A DNA stretch of 64,000 nt from Pseudomonadota bacterium. Lineage in GTDB: Bacteria; Pseudomonadota; Alphaproteobacteria; Rhizobiales; Beijerinckiaceae. Position 1 is the stretch's first letter. Each line of letters starts with the position of its first letter. The position numbers were made by a program, and so were the translations under genes. The stretch lies in NCBI GenBank assembly GCA_020161575.1, contig JAIUNR010000008.1, forward strand, positions 29,195-93,194. The letters run 5' to 3'. Below are positions 1 through 9,718 of this stretch, in pieces. The notes beneath the pieces were generated by a model that worked only from the letters and a program-made list of their open reading frames with translations, was not told the DNA's origin and made no database searches.

Positions 1-523
1 TGGGCTGGCGCTGGAGCGCGTCTTTGTTGGTCTCAAGCCCGCGCGGCACGATGGCGATCGCGGCGAGCGTCGCGAGGAAGGGCGCGGAAGCCTCCTTCAT
101 CGTGACAACAACCGTGCCGGCATCCGGCGCCTCGGCCTTTTCCATCGCCGCGAGGCGGCTGGCATTGGGAGAAGCGATATCCTTCGAGAGGACGCGGTTG
201 AAGCTCGAGACCACATCCGCCGCCTCGACAGGCTTGCCGTCATGGAAGGTGGCGCCGGAGACGAGCTTGAACGTATAGGTCTTGCCATCGGGCGAGACAT
301 TCCAGCTCGCGGCGAGCGCGGGGGTGACGCGCAGATCCTTGTCGATCGCGGTCAGCCCTTCATACAGCGTGCCGTTGACGATCTGGAACGAGGTGAAGGC
401 GGTGACGATATGCGGATCAAGCCCGGCGGGTGATCCATCAACCGCGACCTGGAGGACCTGGGCCTGTGCGGCGCCGAGGCCGAGGGCCAGCACCATCGCG
501 GTGGAATTCAGAAAGCGTTTCAT
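1..523 (-). CDS. Family 5 (peptide/nickel-type) ABC substrate-binding protein, N-terminal part; runs off the left edge
   Basis: Manual translation from ATG at 523: MKRFLNSTAMVLALGLGAAQAQVLQVAVDGSPAGLDPHIV...LYEGLTAIDKDLRVTPALAASWNVSPDGKTYTFKL. Signal peptide plus the SBP_bac_5 N-terminal signature; AGGGAG RBS upstream. Not in the ORF track because it has no stop in the window. Confidence 0.88.
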   Translation of the reverse strand, partial: MKRFLNSTAMVLALGLGAAQAQVLQVAVDGSPAGLDPHIVTAFTSFQIVNGTLYEGLTAIDKDLRVTPALAASWNVSPDGKTYTFKLVSGATFHDGKPVEAADVVSSFNRVLSKDIASPNASRLAAMEKAEAPDAGTVVVTMKEASAPFLATLAAIAIVPRGLETNKDALQRQP

Positions 524-583
524 GGCGATACTCCCTGTCGGTCTGTTGGTGTCCTGCACGTGGGCGGGATGTGTTTCCCTCGG

Positions 584-612
584 TTGCCTCCCGAGTGGTC
601 TCAAACTATGCT
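584..612 (+). promoter_or_regulatory. Candidate sigma70 promoter for the anmK operon
   Basis: TTGCCT (584-589), 17-bp spacer, TATGCT (607-612), about 50 bp upstream of the anmK start. Confidence 0.45.
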
Positions 613-661
613 AGCCCTCTAAGATACCAATTGCAAGGCAGGGACAGGAGCGACCAGCAGC

Positions 662-1756
662 ATGACGCAAAGGTTTTATACCGCGCTCGGCGCGATCAGC
701 GGCACCTCGATGGATGGAATCGATATCGCGATCGTCGAGACGGACGGGCGCGAGCATGTGCGGACCGGCGCGGGAGCGACGATGCCCTATCCGCCTGATC
801 TGCGTGCTGATCTGCTCGCGCTGCTCGAAGACCCATCCATCGCCGAGCGCGATCCGCTTTACGCGCTTGAGCAGCGCGTCACCGATGCGTTCACACAGGC
901 GATCCGCGATTTTCTCGCGAAAGAGAAGATCGCGCCGGAGTCGCTCGACCTCATCGGCCTTCACGGGCAGACCGTCTATCATCGGCCCGAAAAGCGCTTC
1001 ACCCGCCAGCTCGGCCTCGGCGGCGTGATGGCGGGCGCGCTCGGCGTGCCGGTGGTTGACGGGTTCCGGCAGGCGGATGTCGCGAGCGGTGGGCATGGCG
1101 CGCCTTTCGCCCCGCTTTATCATGTGGCGCTGGCGAGCAAGCTTGAAAAGCCGCTCATGGTGCTCAACTGGGGCGGTGTCGGCAATGTCACCTATATCGG
1201 CGAAGACAGCGTGATCGCGTTCGATACCGGCCCGGCTTCCGCGATGATCGATGATCTCGTGTTGCGCAAGTTCGGCAAGCCTTATGATGTCGGCGGCGCG
1301 ATCGCCAAAAGCGGCAACGTGCATCGCGAGACTCTTGCGCGGCTGATGGACAACCCGTTCTTCGCGGTAAAACCGCCGAAATCGCTTGATCGGCAGGATT
1401 TCCATGCCCGCGCGAAAATCGTCGAATCCCTGCCCGATGCGGATGCCGTGGCGACGCTCGCTACTTTCACGATTGAGGCGACGGCGGCGGCGCTCGCGCA
1501 TGTGCCGCAGGCGCCGAAGCGCTGGCTGGTGACGGGCGGCGGGCGGCATAACGCCTTCTTCATGGAGGGGCTCGCCCGGCGGCTGGGCGCTACGGTCGAG
1601 CCGGTCGAGGCGGAAGGCTGGAACGGTGATCTCATCGAGGCGCAGTGCTTTGGCTATCTCGCCGTGCGCTCGCGCTTCGAGCTGCCGCTCAGCTTGCCCA
1701 CGACGACCGGCGTGCCCGCGCCCATGCCCGGCGGCATTTACTGGAAAGCCGCATGA
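662..1756 (+). CDS. anmK: Anhydro-N-acetylmuramic acid kinase
   Basis: GAISGTSMDGIDIAIV, IGLHGQTVYHRP, DGFRQADVASGGHGAPFAP, LNWGGVGNVT, FDTGPASAMID, VTGGGRHN, IEAQCFGYLA and PTTTG are AnmK-family motifs. Confidence 0.92.
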   Translation: MTQRFYTALGAISGTSMDGIDIAIVETDGREHVRTGAGATMPYPPDLRADLLALLEDPSIAERDPLYALEQRVTDAFTQAIRDFLAKEKIAPESLDLIGLHGQTVYHRPEKRFTRQLGLGGVMAGALGVPVVDGFRQADVASGGHGAPFAPLYHVALASKLEKPLMVLNWGGVGNVTYIGEDSVIAFDTGPASAMIDDLVLRKFGKPYDVGGAIAKSGNVHRETLARLMDNPFFAVKPPKSLDRQDFHARAKIVESLPDADAVATLATFTIEATAAALAHVPQAPKRWLVTGGGRHNAFFMEGLARRLGATVEPVEAEGWNGDLIEAQCFGYLAVRSRFELPLSLPTTTGVPAPMPGGIYWKAA

Positions 1757-2718
1757 ACGCGACCTCTTCCCCTGTCCTGACGGTCGAGAACCTTTCGCTT
1801 GCTGCGGGAGATCTCGTCCTTACCGAGGATGTCACCTTTTCCATCGCGCCCGGTGAAATGCTGGGGCTGGTGGGCGAATCAGGCTGCGGCAAGAGCGTCA
1901 CCGCGCTCTCGATCCTGCGTCTGCTGCCCGAACCGCCTCTGCGGATCGCCGCCGGGCGCATCCTGTTCGGCGGGCGCGATCTTGCCGCGCTCTCCCCCGG
2001 CGCGATGGGGCGAGTGCGCGGCGGCGAGATCGGCATGATCTTCCAGGAGCCGATGACCTCGCTCAACCCCGTTTTCACCATCGGCGACCAGATCGCCGAG
2101 CCGCTGATCATCCATCGCGGCATGAAGCGGGCTGCGGCGCTCACCCGCGCGGCAGAGCTGCTTGATCTCGTGGGCATCGCCGAGCCACGCGCGGCGCTTG
2201 CGCGTTATCCGCACCAGCTTTCCGGCGGGCAGCGTCAGCGGGCGATGATCGCGATCGCGATCGCCTGCACGCCCAAGCTGCTGATCGCGGACGAGCCGAC
2301 CACCGCGCTCGATGTCACGGTGCAGGCACAGGTGCTGGGCCTGATCGCGAAACTGCGCCGCGAGCTGGGGCTTGCCTGCCTTTTGATCACCCATGATCTC
2401 GGCGTCGTCTCGCAGGTCTGCGACCGTGCGATGGTCATGTATGCCGGCCGCATCATCGAGGAAGGGCCAGTGAAGACATTGTTCTCATCGCCGCGCCATC
2501 GCTACACGCGCGCGCTGGTCGATACGATTCCCGCCCGCAATCTGCCCGGCGCGCGTCTGCCGGCCATTCCCGGCCAGGTGCCCGCGCCCGGCGCGCGCGG
2601 CAAGGGCTGCGCCTTCGTCGAGCGCTGCAATGCGCCGCTCCAGCGCTGCGCCACCTCCATGCCCCCGTTCGCGCGTGATCCGATCCGCGCGCTGGCCTGC
2701 TGGAATCCGGTCCAATGA
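1753..2718 (+). CDS. Oligopeptide/dipeptide ABC transporter ATP-binding protein (OppD/DppD type)
   Basis: GESGCGKS Walker A, LSGGQRQR signature, [11 protein letters not shown] Walker B, C-terminal oligopeptide-ATPase Cys motif; ATGA overlap with the anmK stop. Confidence 0.93.
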   Translation: MNATSSPVLTVENLSLAAGDLVLTEDVTFSIAPGEMLGLVGESGCGKSVTALSILRLLPEPPLRIAAGRILFGGRDLAALSPGAMGRVRGGEIGMIFQEPMTSLNPVFTIGDQIAEPLIIHRGMKRAAALTRAAELLDLVGIAEPRAALARYPHQLSGGQRQRAMIAIAIACTPKLLIADEPTTALDVTVQAQVLGLIAKLRRELGLACLLITHDLGVVSQVCDRAMVMYAGRIIEEGPVKTLFSSPRHRYTRALVDTIPARNLPGARLPAIPGQVPAPGARGKGCAFVERCNAPLQRCATSMPPFARDPIRALACWNPVQ

Positions 2719-3494
2719 ACGGCGAACAGAAAGCAAAGCCGCTGCTCGCGGTTGCGGGGCTGAGGAAGCGCTATACCGATAAATCCGGTCGGCGCGTCGA
2801 GGCGGTGAAGGGCGTGGATCTCGCGCTTGCCCCCGGCGAGGTGCTCGGCATTGTCGGGGAATCAGGCTGCGGCAAGACGACGCTCGGGCGCTGCATCATG
2901 CGGCTCATGGAGCCGGATTCCGGCACCATCCTGCTCGATGGCGAGGATTTTACCGCGAAATCGGGCACGGCGCTCAAAACCGCCCGCCGTGCGATGCAGA
3001 TGGTGTTCCAGGACCCTTTCGGCTCGCTCAATCCGCGCCACAAGGTCGGCGCGATCATCGGCGAGCCGCTGGTCGTGCATGGAATCGGCGGTGTCGAGGC
3101 GCGGGTGGCGGAATTGCTCGATCTCGTCGGCCTGCCCGCCTCGGCGCGGGCGCGTTATCCGCATGAATTTTCCGGCGGACAGCGTCAGCGTATCGCGATC
3201 GCGCGGGCATTGGCGCTGAAGCCGAAGCTCATCATCGCGGATGAGCCGGTTTCCGCGCTCGATGTCTCGATCCAGTCGCAGATCATCAACCTGATCGCGG
3301 ATCTCAAAGCCACGCTCGGCCTCTCGATGATCTTCATCAGCCACGATCTTTCCGTCATCCGCCATGTCTCGAACCGCGTCGCGGTGATGAAGGGCGGCGA
3401 GATCGTCGAGACGGGCGCGGCGGAGGCGATCTTCCGTGCGCCGGCGCATGATTATACCCGCAGCCTGATTGCGGCGATCCCCATGTTGCGGTGA
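2715..3494 (+). CDS. Oligopeptide/dipeptide ABC transporter ATP-binding protein (OppF/DppF type, short C-terminus)
   Basis: [27 protein letters not shown]; ATGA overlap with the previous gene. Confidence 0.92.
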   Translation: MNGEQKAKPLLAVAGLRKRYTDKSGRRVEAVKGVDLALAPGEVLGIVGESGCGKTTLGRCIMRLMEPDSGTILLDGEDFTAKSGTALKTARRAMQMVFQDPFGSLNPRHKVGAIIGEPLVVHGIGGVEARVAELLDLVGLPASARARYPHEFSGGQRQRIAIARALALKPKLIIADEPVSALDVSIQSQIINLIADLKATLGLSMIFISHDLSVIRHVSNRVAVMKGGEIVETGAAEAIFRAPAHDYTRSLIAAIPMLR

Positions 3495-3595
3495 GATAAG
3501 GCGGTAGCTGCGGCTTGACAGGTCAAGTGGCATTTGATTGGCATTATAATATAAAGACCACATTGGGATCATCGAATCCTGTGGCAGGTGGGCGG

Positions 3596-4471
3596 ATGAA
3601 GACAGGCATGACATTTGCCGTCCGGCAGATCGCCAGCGCGGCGAGCGGACACGTCAACGACGACGCATCCGGCATGCGCGCGAATGCGATCTGGGTGCTG
3701 GACGGCGCTACCGGCGCAAGCGATGTCGCCTGTACGCCCGGCCCAAGCGATGCCGCCTGGCTCGCCTGCCATGTCTCGGACTGGCTCGGCGCAAAAGCCG
3801 ATCCGGCCCTGCCGCTGCTGGGCCAATTGCCGCAACTCCAGGCGGGCGTGATCGAGACCTTCACGCGCGAGGGCTATGGCGCGGGTATCGCGCAGGAGGA
3901 TACGCCCTCCACCTGCCTCGGCCTTGTCGAATATGACGCGGCGCGCGCCAAGCTCGAGATCGGGATTATCGGCGATATCTCTGTCATCGTCGCGACGCCG
4001 GACGGCATCATCCGCCATTTCACCGATCCCTCGGTGGAGGCTTTCTCGGCGAAATCGCTCGTGCTCTGGCAGGAGGCGCGTCGGCGTGGCGCCTCGCTCG
4101 AGGAAGCGTGGCGCGTCGTCCGGCCCGCGATCCGCGAGAACCGCCGCATGGTGAACCGTGCCGACGGCTATTGGGTGATCAACCCTGTCATGCCCTGGCT
4201 CGACGGCGTGCGCCGCCATTCCGTGCCGGTTCCGGCGGGCGCGCGCGTGCTGCTCGCGAGCGACGGGTATTTCCGCCTTGTCGATGTGTTCGAACGATAC
4301 GATGCCGGCGCGCTGCTCGAGCGCAGCTTCGCGCATGGGCTCGATACCGTGATCGCCGAATTGCGCGGCATCGAGACCGGGGATTCCGATTGCCGCACCT
4401 ATCCGCGGATGAAGCTGCACGATGACGCCACAGCGATCATCGCGGAACTTGTTCCGCCTCTAACCTTCTGA
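3596..4471 (+). CDS. PP2C-like (PPM-family) phosphatase domain protein
   Basis: Metal-binding motifs VNDD, WVLDGATG, LLASDG and C-terminal HDDATAII. Start may be 3596 or 3608. Confidence 0.75.
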   Translation: MKTGMTFAVRQIASAASGHVNDDASGMRANAIWVLDGATGASDVACTPGPSDAAWLACHVSDWLGAKADPALPLLGQLPQLQAGVIETFTREGYGAGIAQEDTPSTCLGLVEYDAARAKLEIGIIGDISVIVATPDGIIRHFTDPSVEAFSAKSLVLWQEARRRGASLEEAWRVVRPAIRENRRMVNRADGYWVINPVMPWLDGVRRHSVPVPAGARVLLASDGYFRLVDVFERYDAGALLERSFAHGLDTVIAELRGIETGDSDCRTYPRMKLHDDATAIIAELVPPLTF

Positions 4472-4502
4472 AGCCACAGAAAAATCCCCAGGGAGGATGA
4501 CC

Positions 4503-5759
4503 ATGAAAATCAGAAACCTACTCTCCGCCGCCGGAATCGCGGCGATGGCGCTGTCCGCCGGACAGGCTTTCGCGCAGAGCGTCGAATTGTCGTTCTGGAG
4601 CTGGCGTGTCGAGGACAAGGCGTTTTACGACGATATCGCCAAGGACTACGCCGCGAAAACCGGCGTGAAGGTGACATTCACGCCCTACAAGAACACCGAA
4701 TACCCGACCGTTCTTTCCGCCGCTCTGGCGGGCGGCGGCGGGCCGGACATCATCCATGCCCGTGCCTATGGCGCGCTCGCGACCCTCGCGGATGCCGGCT
4801 ATTTCCTGCCGCTGACGAAGGAAAACGTGCCGAATATCGTCAATTTCTCGGATCAGCTCCTCGCCGGCGCCAAGGGGCGCACGCCGCCGCATAACGCGAA
4901 TATCTATGGCGTGCCCTTCGCGACGCAGGCGCTCGGCATCTATTACAACAAGAGCGTGCTCAAGAGCGCGGGCATCGAGACCCTTCCCAAGACGTGGGAC
5001 GAGTTCAAGGCCCTGTGTAAGACACTGAAGGACAAGAACATCGCCTGTCTGTCCAACGGGTCCAACGACGTGCCGGGGCTTGAGCAGATGTTCGGCGTCA
5101 TCGGCCCGAACTTCTACGGCGGCACCGCCTTCTTCAACGACGTGATCGCGGGGAAGAAGAAGTTCACCGATCCCGCTTTCGTGCAGGCTATCGCCGAGAC
5201 GGCGGCGATGAAGGATTTCCTGCCGCGCAACCATCAGGGCGTGGGCGAGAACGAGGCGCGCACGCTCTTCGCGAACGGGCTCGCTGCGTTCTACATGTCC
5301 GGGACGTGGAATATCGACACGATCCGCACCCTCAATGCCAAGGCGGATTTCGGCATCATGGCCGCCCCGCCGCTCAAGGCGGATGGCGCGGCCTATGTCT
5401 CGAATTTCGCCGACGGCAATTATGCCGTGAACGCGAAGACGAAGCACGCCAAGGCCGCGGCGGATTTCGTGAACTATCTCGCGAGCAAGGAATATGGCCG
5501 CCGCTTCACCGATACGCTCAAGCAGAGCTCGGCGATCACCGGCGTCGCCCCTTCCGAGCCGCTGCTGGTGGCTCTGGGCGAACAGGCCTCGAAGAACGGC
5601 ACGCCGTTCCTGATGCTCGTCGGCTTCCGCTACCAGAATCCGAACGGCTCGGTGATGCTGCGCGACGGGATCCAGAAGATCATCCAGGGCGGCACGACGC
5701 CGGAGGCGCTCGCGCAGGAAATCCAGACCGGCATCGCGACTTGGCACAAATTCCAGTGA
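4503..5759 (+). CDS. Carbohydrate (CUT1) ABC substrate-binding protein
   Basis: Signal peptide MKIRNLLSAAGIAAMALSAGQAFA; GGGPDII, IYGVPF, IYYNK, LPKTWDEF and FANGLAAFY motifs; GGAGG RBS suits the ATG at 4503. Confidence 0.9.
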   Translation: MKIRNLLSAAGIAAMALSAGQAFAQSVELSFWSWRVEDKAFYDDIAKDYAAKTGVKVTFTPYKNTEYPTVLSAALAGGGGPDIIHARAYGALATLADAGYFLPLTKENVPNIVNFSDQLLAGAKGRTPPHNANIYGVPFATQALGIYYNKSVLKSAGIETLPKTWDEFKALCKTLKDKNIACLSNGSNDVPGLEQMFGVIGPNFYGGTAFFNDVIAGKKKFTDPAFVQAIAETAAMKDFLPRNHQGVGENEARTLFANGLAAFYMSGTWNIDTIRTLNAKADFGIMAAPPLKADGAAYVSNFADGNYAVNAKTKHAKAAADFVNYLASKEYGRRFTDTLKQSSAITGVAPSEPLLVALGEQASKNGTPFLMLVGFRYQNPNGSVMLRDGIQKIIQGGTTPEALAQEIQTGIATWHKFQ

Positions 5760-5821
5760 TTTGGCATAAAATCCAGTGACTTCTCAGAAGCGTGCGTAAC
5801 GGCGCGCTTCCCTGAAACGAA

Positions 5822-5845
5822 CGGGCGGGACACGAGCCCCGCCCG
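5822..5845 (+). repeat. GC-rich hairpin between SBP and permease genes
   Basis: CGGGCGGG-N8-CCCGCCCG inverted repeat with no U-tract; typical position for an mRNA-stabilising hairpin. Confidence 0.4.
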
Positions 5846-5867
5846 GCCTCTTGCCGAAAGCCGCAGC

Positions 5868-6779
5868 ATGTCCTCCCCGCCCCTTTCCCGCACGCTCTGG
5901 ATCGCGTTTTTCGTGGCGCCCGCGCTCGCGCTGATGGCGATTTTCATGCTGGCGCCGGCGCTCGCGGCCTTCTCCTACGCGCTTTACGACTGGAAGGCGT
6001 TCTCGCGCGGGGATTTCGTGGGCTTCAAACATTTCATCCGCTTGGCGGAGCCGCCCTATCGCGGCATGTTCCTTGCCGCTTTGGGGCATAACGCGATTAC
6101 CTTTCTGGTGAAGCTCACCATCCAGAACGGCATCGCCCTGCTCATCGCCTATGCGCTGTACCAGCGGCCGATCGGCGCGCGGTTCTTCCGCGGCACGCTG
6201 TTCCTGCCGGTGATCCTCTCGCTGGTGATCGTCGGCTATCTCTGGCAGCTTTTCCTGCACCCGCTTTTCGGGCCGATCACGCTGTTCATGATGGATATTG
6301 TCGGGCTTGAGCAATTCGCGCCGCTCGGCGACAGCCGTTTCGCGCTCGCGACCACGATCCTGATGTCGATCTGGCGCAATGTCGGCTTTCCGACCATTGT
6401 TTTCCTCGCCGGGATGAACGCGATCCCGGACGAGATCATCAAGGCCGCGCGGATCGACGGCGCCAATGACTGGCAGATCTTCCGGCGGATTATCCTGCCC
6501 AATCTCGGGCCGGCCTTCACCATCATCGTCATTCTCACCTTCATCGGTGCCTTCGAGTGGTTCGACCTGCCCTTCGTGATCGGCGGGGCGACGGGCAATC
6601 CGGCCAATTCGCTCGACACCATGGCGCTGATGTTCTTCCGCCTTTCCTTCGGGGATACGTCCTCGCCGGTCACGGATGTCGGGCTTGGCGGCGCGGTGAG
6701 CGTTGTCCTGTTCGCGATCGTGCTCGCGGGCTCGAAATTCGGCGCGGATTACCTGCGCAAGCGCGAGGTCAAGGCATGA
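5868..6779 (+). CDS. Carbohydrate ABC permease (MalF/UgpA type)
   Basis: Hydrophobic segments, LFLPVILSLV and the EAA-loop equivalent IIKAARIDGANDWQIFRRIILP. Confidence 0.92.
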   Translation: MSSPPLSRTLWIAFFVAPALALMAIFMLAPALAAFSYALYDWKAFSRGDFVGFKHFIRLAEPPYRGMFLAALGHNAITFLVKLTIQNGIALLIAYALYQRPIGARFFRGTLFLPVILSLVIVGYLWQLFLHPLFGPITLFMMDIVGLEQFAPLGDSRFALATTILMSIWRNVGFPTIVFLAGMNAIPDEIIKAARIDGANDWQIFRRIILPNLGPAFTIIVILTFIGAFEWFDLPFVIGGATGNPANSLDTMALMFFRLSFGDTSSPVTDVGLGGAVSVVLFAIVLAGSKFGADYLRKREVKA

Positions 6780-7618
6780 TCACGCGCGCGCTGAAAGCCC
6801 ACACGCCCTTCTCCATGCTGCTGATGGGCCTGTTGATCCTCAACACGGTGGTGGTGCTCGCGCCGCTTGGCGTGGCCGTCATCTCGGCCTTCAAGACGAC
6901 GGGCGAGATCATGGCCTCGCCCTTCGCGCTGCCCTCGGCCTGGGCCTTCGACAATTTCGTGAAAGTGTGGAGCGCGGGGCGCTTCGATCGCTACATCCTC
7001 AATTCGATCATTGTCACGCTTGGCGCCGAGATCATCATTCTCGTGACCTCCGCCATGGCGGGTTACGCTCTGGGGCGGTTCAAATTCCGCTTCCATGGGG
7101 CGATCTACACTTTGATCCTGATGGGGCTGATGGTCCCGGCGAAGCTGCTGCTGGTGCCGCTTTTCATCCAGCTCAAGGCGATGGGCCTGCTCAACAGCCA
7201 GTTCGGGCTGATCCTGGTCTATGCCGCGGGCGGCATACCGGCCGGCGTTTTCATCATGACCGGCTTCTTCCGCGCCCTGCCGGATGCGCTCGAAGGCGCG
7301 GCGCGCATCGACGGCGCGGGCGAATGGACGATCTTCTCGCGCATCATGCTGCCGCTGGTGCGCCCGCAACTCGCCATCGTCGCGATCTACACCGCGATTC
7401 CGATCTGGAACGACTTCCTCTTCCCGATGGTGTTCCTTTCCAGCCCTGAGCTGAAGACCATTCCGCAGGGGCTTTCCGTCTTCTTCGGCGAGCATGCGGT
7501 CGATATGGGCGCGCTCTTTGCCGGGCTGACGCTGGCGGCGCTGCCGCTGGTGCTGGTCTATCTCCTGCTCTCCGAGCAATTCATCAAGGGCCTCACCGCC
7601 GGCGCGGTGAAGGGATAA
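6776..7618 (+). CDS. Carbohydrate ABC permease (MalG/UgpE type)
   Basis: GYALGRFKFRF, LEGAARIDGAGEWTIFSRIMLPL, WNDFLFP, GLTAGAVKG; ATGA overlap at 6776. Confidence 0.92.
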   Translation: MITRALKAHTPFSMLLMGLLILNTVVVLAPLGVAVISAFKTTGEIMASPFALPSAWAFDNFVKVWSAGRFDRYILNSIIVTLGAEIIILVTSAMAGYALGRFKFRFHGAIYTLILMGLMVPAKLLLVPLFIQLKAMGLLNSQFGLILVYAAGGIPAGVFIMTGFFRALPDALEGAARIDGAGEWTIFSRIMLPLVRPQLAIVAIYTAIPIWNDFLFPMVFLSSPELKTIPQGLSVFFGEHAVDMGALFAGLTLAALPLVLVYLLLSEQFIKGLTAGAVKG

Positions 7619-7620
7619 CC

Positions 7621-8718
7621 ATGACAACGCTTGAGATCCGCAACGTTTCCAAGACCTTCGGCGATGTCGAGGTGCTCAGGGATATCTCGTTGGCCATCGA
7701 GGATGGTGAGTTTCTGGTGCTGGTCGGCCCCTCGGGCTGCGGCAAGACAACCTTGCTGAACTGCCTCGCGGGGCTCGAAAACGTGACCTCCGGCGATATC
7801 CTTTTCAACGGACGCCGCGTCAACGATGTCGCGCCCAAGGATCGCGATATCGGCATGGTGTTCCAGAATTACGCGCTCTACCCCAACATGGATGTGCGCG
7901 GGAACATCGCCTTCGGGCTTGAGATGCGGAAGGTTCCGAAAGCGGTACAGGCGGAAAAGATCGCCGAAGTGGCGCGGATGCTCCAGATCGAGCCTCTCTT
8001 GGGGCGCCGGCCCGGCCAGCTTTCCGGCGGCCAGCGTCAGCGCGTCGCGATCGGCCGGGCGCTGGCGCGCGAGGCGGGGCTCTTCCTCTTCGACGAGCCG
8101 CTTTCCAACCTCGACGCGAAACTGCGCGTGGAAATGCGCGCCGAGATCAAGCTGCTCCATCAGCGCACCCGCACCACCTCGGTCTATGTCACGCATGATC
8201 AGGTCGAGGCGATGACGTTGGGCAGCCGCATCTGCATCATGAAGGATGCGCGCATCCAGCAATTCGGCACCCCGCGCGACCTTTACCAGAACCCGGCCAA
8301 CCTCTTCGTTGCGGGGTTCATCGGCTCGCCCGCGATGAATTTCATTCCCGTTTCGCCGCGCCGCGCGGGGCAGGAACTCGCTTTCTCGCTCAATGCAGCG
8401 GAAACGCAGACGATCACCCTGCCCGCGCCCCCCGGCGCCGCGACGGCGGATCTCGTGCTCGGTATCCGCCCCGAGGAAATTACGCTCGCACCCGCGCAAG
8501 GGGCGGGCGAAGCCGGCCTTGATTGCGAGATCCTCATGGTCGAGCCGACGGGGCCGGATACGCTGCTGAGCGTCATGATCAACGGCGCGAAAGTGCAGGC
8601 GCGCGTGCCGCCGCATGTCGATTTCCGCCCCGGAGAGCGTGTCCGGCTGGCGCTGTCGCCGGCGCGGATGATGCTGTTCGATCCCGGTACCGGCGCGCGG
8701 ATCTCGGCTGATCGCTGA
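7621..8718 (+). CDS. Carbohydrate ABC ATP-binding protein (MalK/UgpC type)
   Basis: [47 protein letters not shown] and a C-terminal TOBE-like region. Confidence 0.94.
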   Translation: MTTLEIRNVSKTFGDVEVLRDISLAIEDGEFLVLVGPSGCGKTTLLNCLAGLENVTSGDILFNGRRVNDVAPKDRDIGMVFQNYALYPNMDVRGNIAFGLEMRKVPKAVQAEKIAEVARMLQIEPLLGRRPGQLSGGQRQRVAIGRALAREAGLFLFDEPLSNLDAKLRVEMRAEIKLLHQRTRTTSVYVTHDQVEAMTLGSRICIMKDARIQQFGTPRDLYQNPANLFVAGFIGSPAMNFIPVSPRRAGQELAFSLNAAETQTITLPAPPGAATADLVLGIRPEEITLAPAQGAGEAGLDCEILMVEPTGPDTLLSVMINGAKVQARVPPHVDFRPGERVRLALSPARMMLFDPGTGARISADR

Positions 8719-8723
8719 AGGGC

Positions 8724-9599
8724 CTATTCCTGGAACGTCCAGAAGAGTTTCGTGCTCAGCGCCTTCAGCGCTGCGGCGGAACCGGGTTGTTGCTGGGCGA
8801 TGGCGGCGACGAGGGCATCCGCGATCGCGAAAAGCGCGGTGGGGGAATTGGGCAAATGGCCGCCATCGGAAGGGGCGAAAAGCGTGAGGTCGCACACGCG
8901 CGCGACGGGGGATGTGGCGCTGTCGGTGATCGCGAGCAGGTGCGCGGTGCGTTCACGCGCAAAATGCAGCAATTCGGCGGTGAATTTCGAATAGCGGCGG
9001 ACCGAAATCCCGATGACGAGGTCCTCGGGCGTGACCGAGCCCAGGAAATGCACGGCGCGATCGAGGCCCCCGCGCGATGTCACCAGCACGATCCGCGGGC
9101 CGAGATAGAGCGAGAGCGCGTCCTCGAGATAGCTCGCGACATGATAGCTCGCGCCGGAAGCGACGACGTAGACCTGCCGCGCCGTCATCATCATCTCGAT
9201 CGCCCTGGCGACCTTTTCCCCTTCCACGAGGGAGCGGGTTTCGCGCAGGTTCTCGATCTGCCGGTCGAGCGCGGCGCAGAACACCGATGCCGGCGTCTGT
9301 GAAGCCTGTTCCGTGGCTTGGCTCAGCGTTTCCACCGGCGCCATGGCGATGCGCAGCGCATCGCCGAGCGCGGCGCGGAAATCGCCGAAATGATCGTATC
9401 CCAGAGTGCGCACGAAGCGTGTCGCCGTTGCGACCGAGGTGTCGCAGGCCTTGGCCAGTGCCTCGATGGTCATGGTCGCCGCGTCGAGCGGGTGATGGAT
9501 CACGTGATCGGCAAGCTGCCGGTGCCCCTTGGACAGCGCGGGATAGGCGCTCGCGATACGTTGCGAAAGTTCGGTGGTAGGTCTGAGAGAATGTGTCAT
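8724..9599 (-). CDS. MurR/RpiR-family transcriptional regulator
   Basis: N-terminal HTH (MTIEALAKACDTSVATATRFVRTLGYDHFGDFR) followed by a SIS domain (IGISVRRYS, LAITDSATSPVA). Confidence 0.9.
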   Translation of the reverse strand: MTHSLRPTTELSQRIASAYPALSKGHRQLADHVIHHPLDAATMTIEALAKACDTSVATATRFVRTLGYDHFGDFRAALGDALRIAMAPVETLSQATEQASQTPASVFCAALDRQIENLRETRSLVEGEKVARAIEMMMTARQVYVVASGASYHVASYLEDALSLYLGPRIVLVTSRGGLDRAVHFLGSVTPEDLVIGISVRRYSKFTAELLHFARERTAHLLAITDSATSPVARVCDLTLFAPSDGGHLPNSPTALFAIADALVAAIAQQQPGSAAALKALSTKLFWTFQE

Positions 9600-9718
9600 G
9601 CCGGGTTCCACCATATTGACAGGTCCAGCCTTTCATGGTCGGTTGATAATGAAAATGAACCCATCAAAAATTCCTTGCCGGGGATTGCCTGTCAAGAAAA
9701 ACAGCCATGGAGGAGTAG

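Noticed and set aside
3515-3550. Perfect TTGACA and TATAAT hexamers as a sigma70 promoter
   Set aside because: The spacer is 24 bp, far from 16-18; kept only as part of the shared-motif finding.
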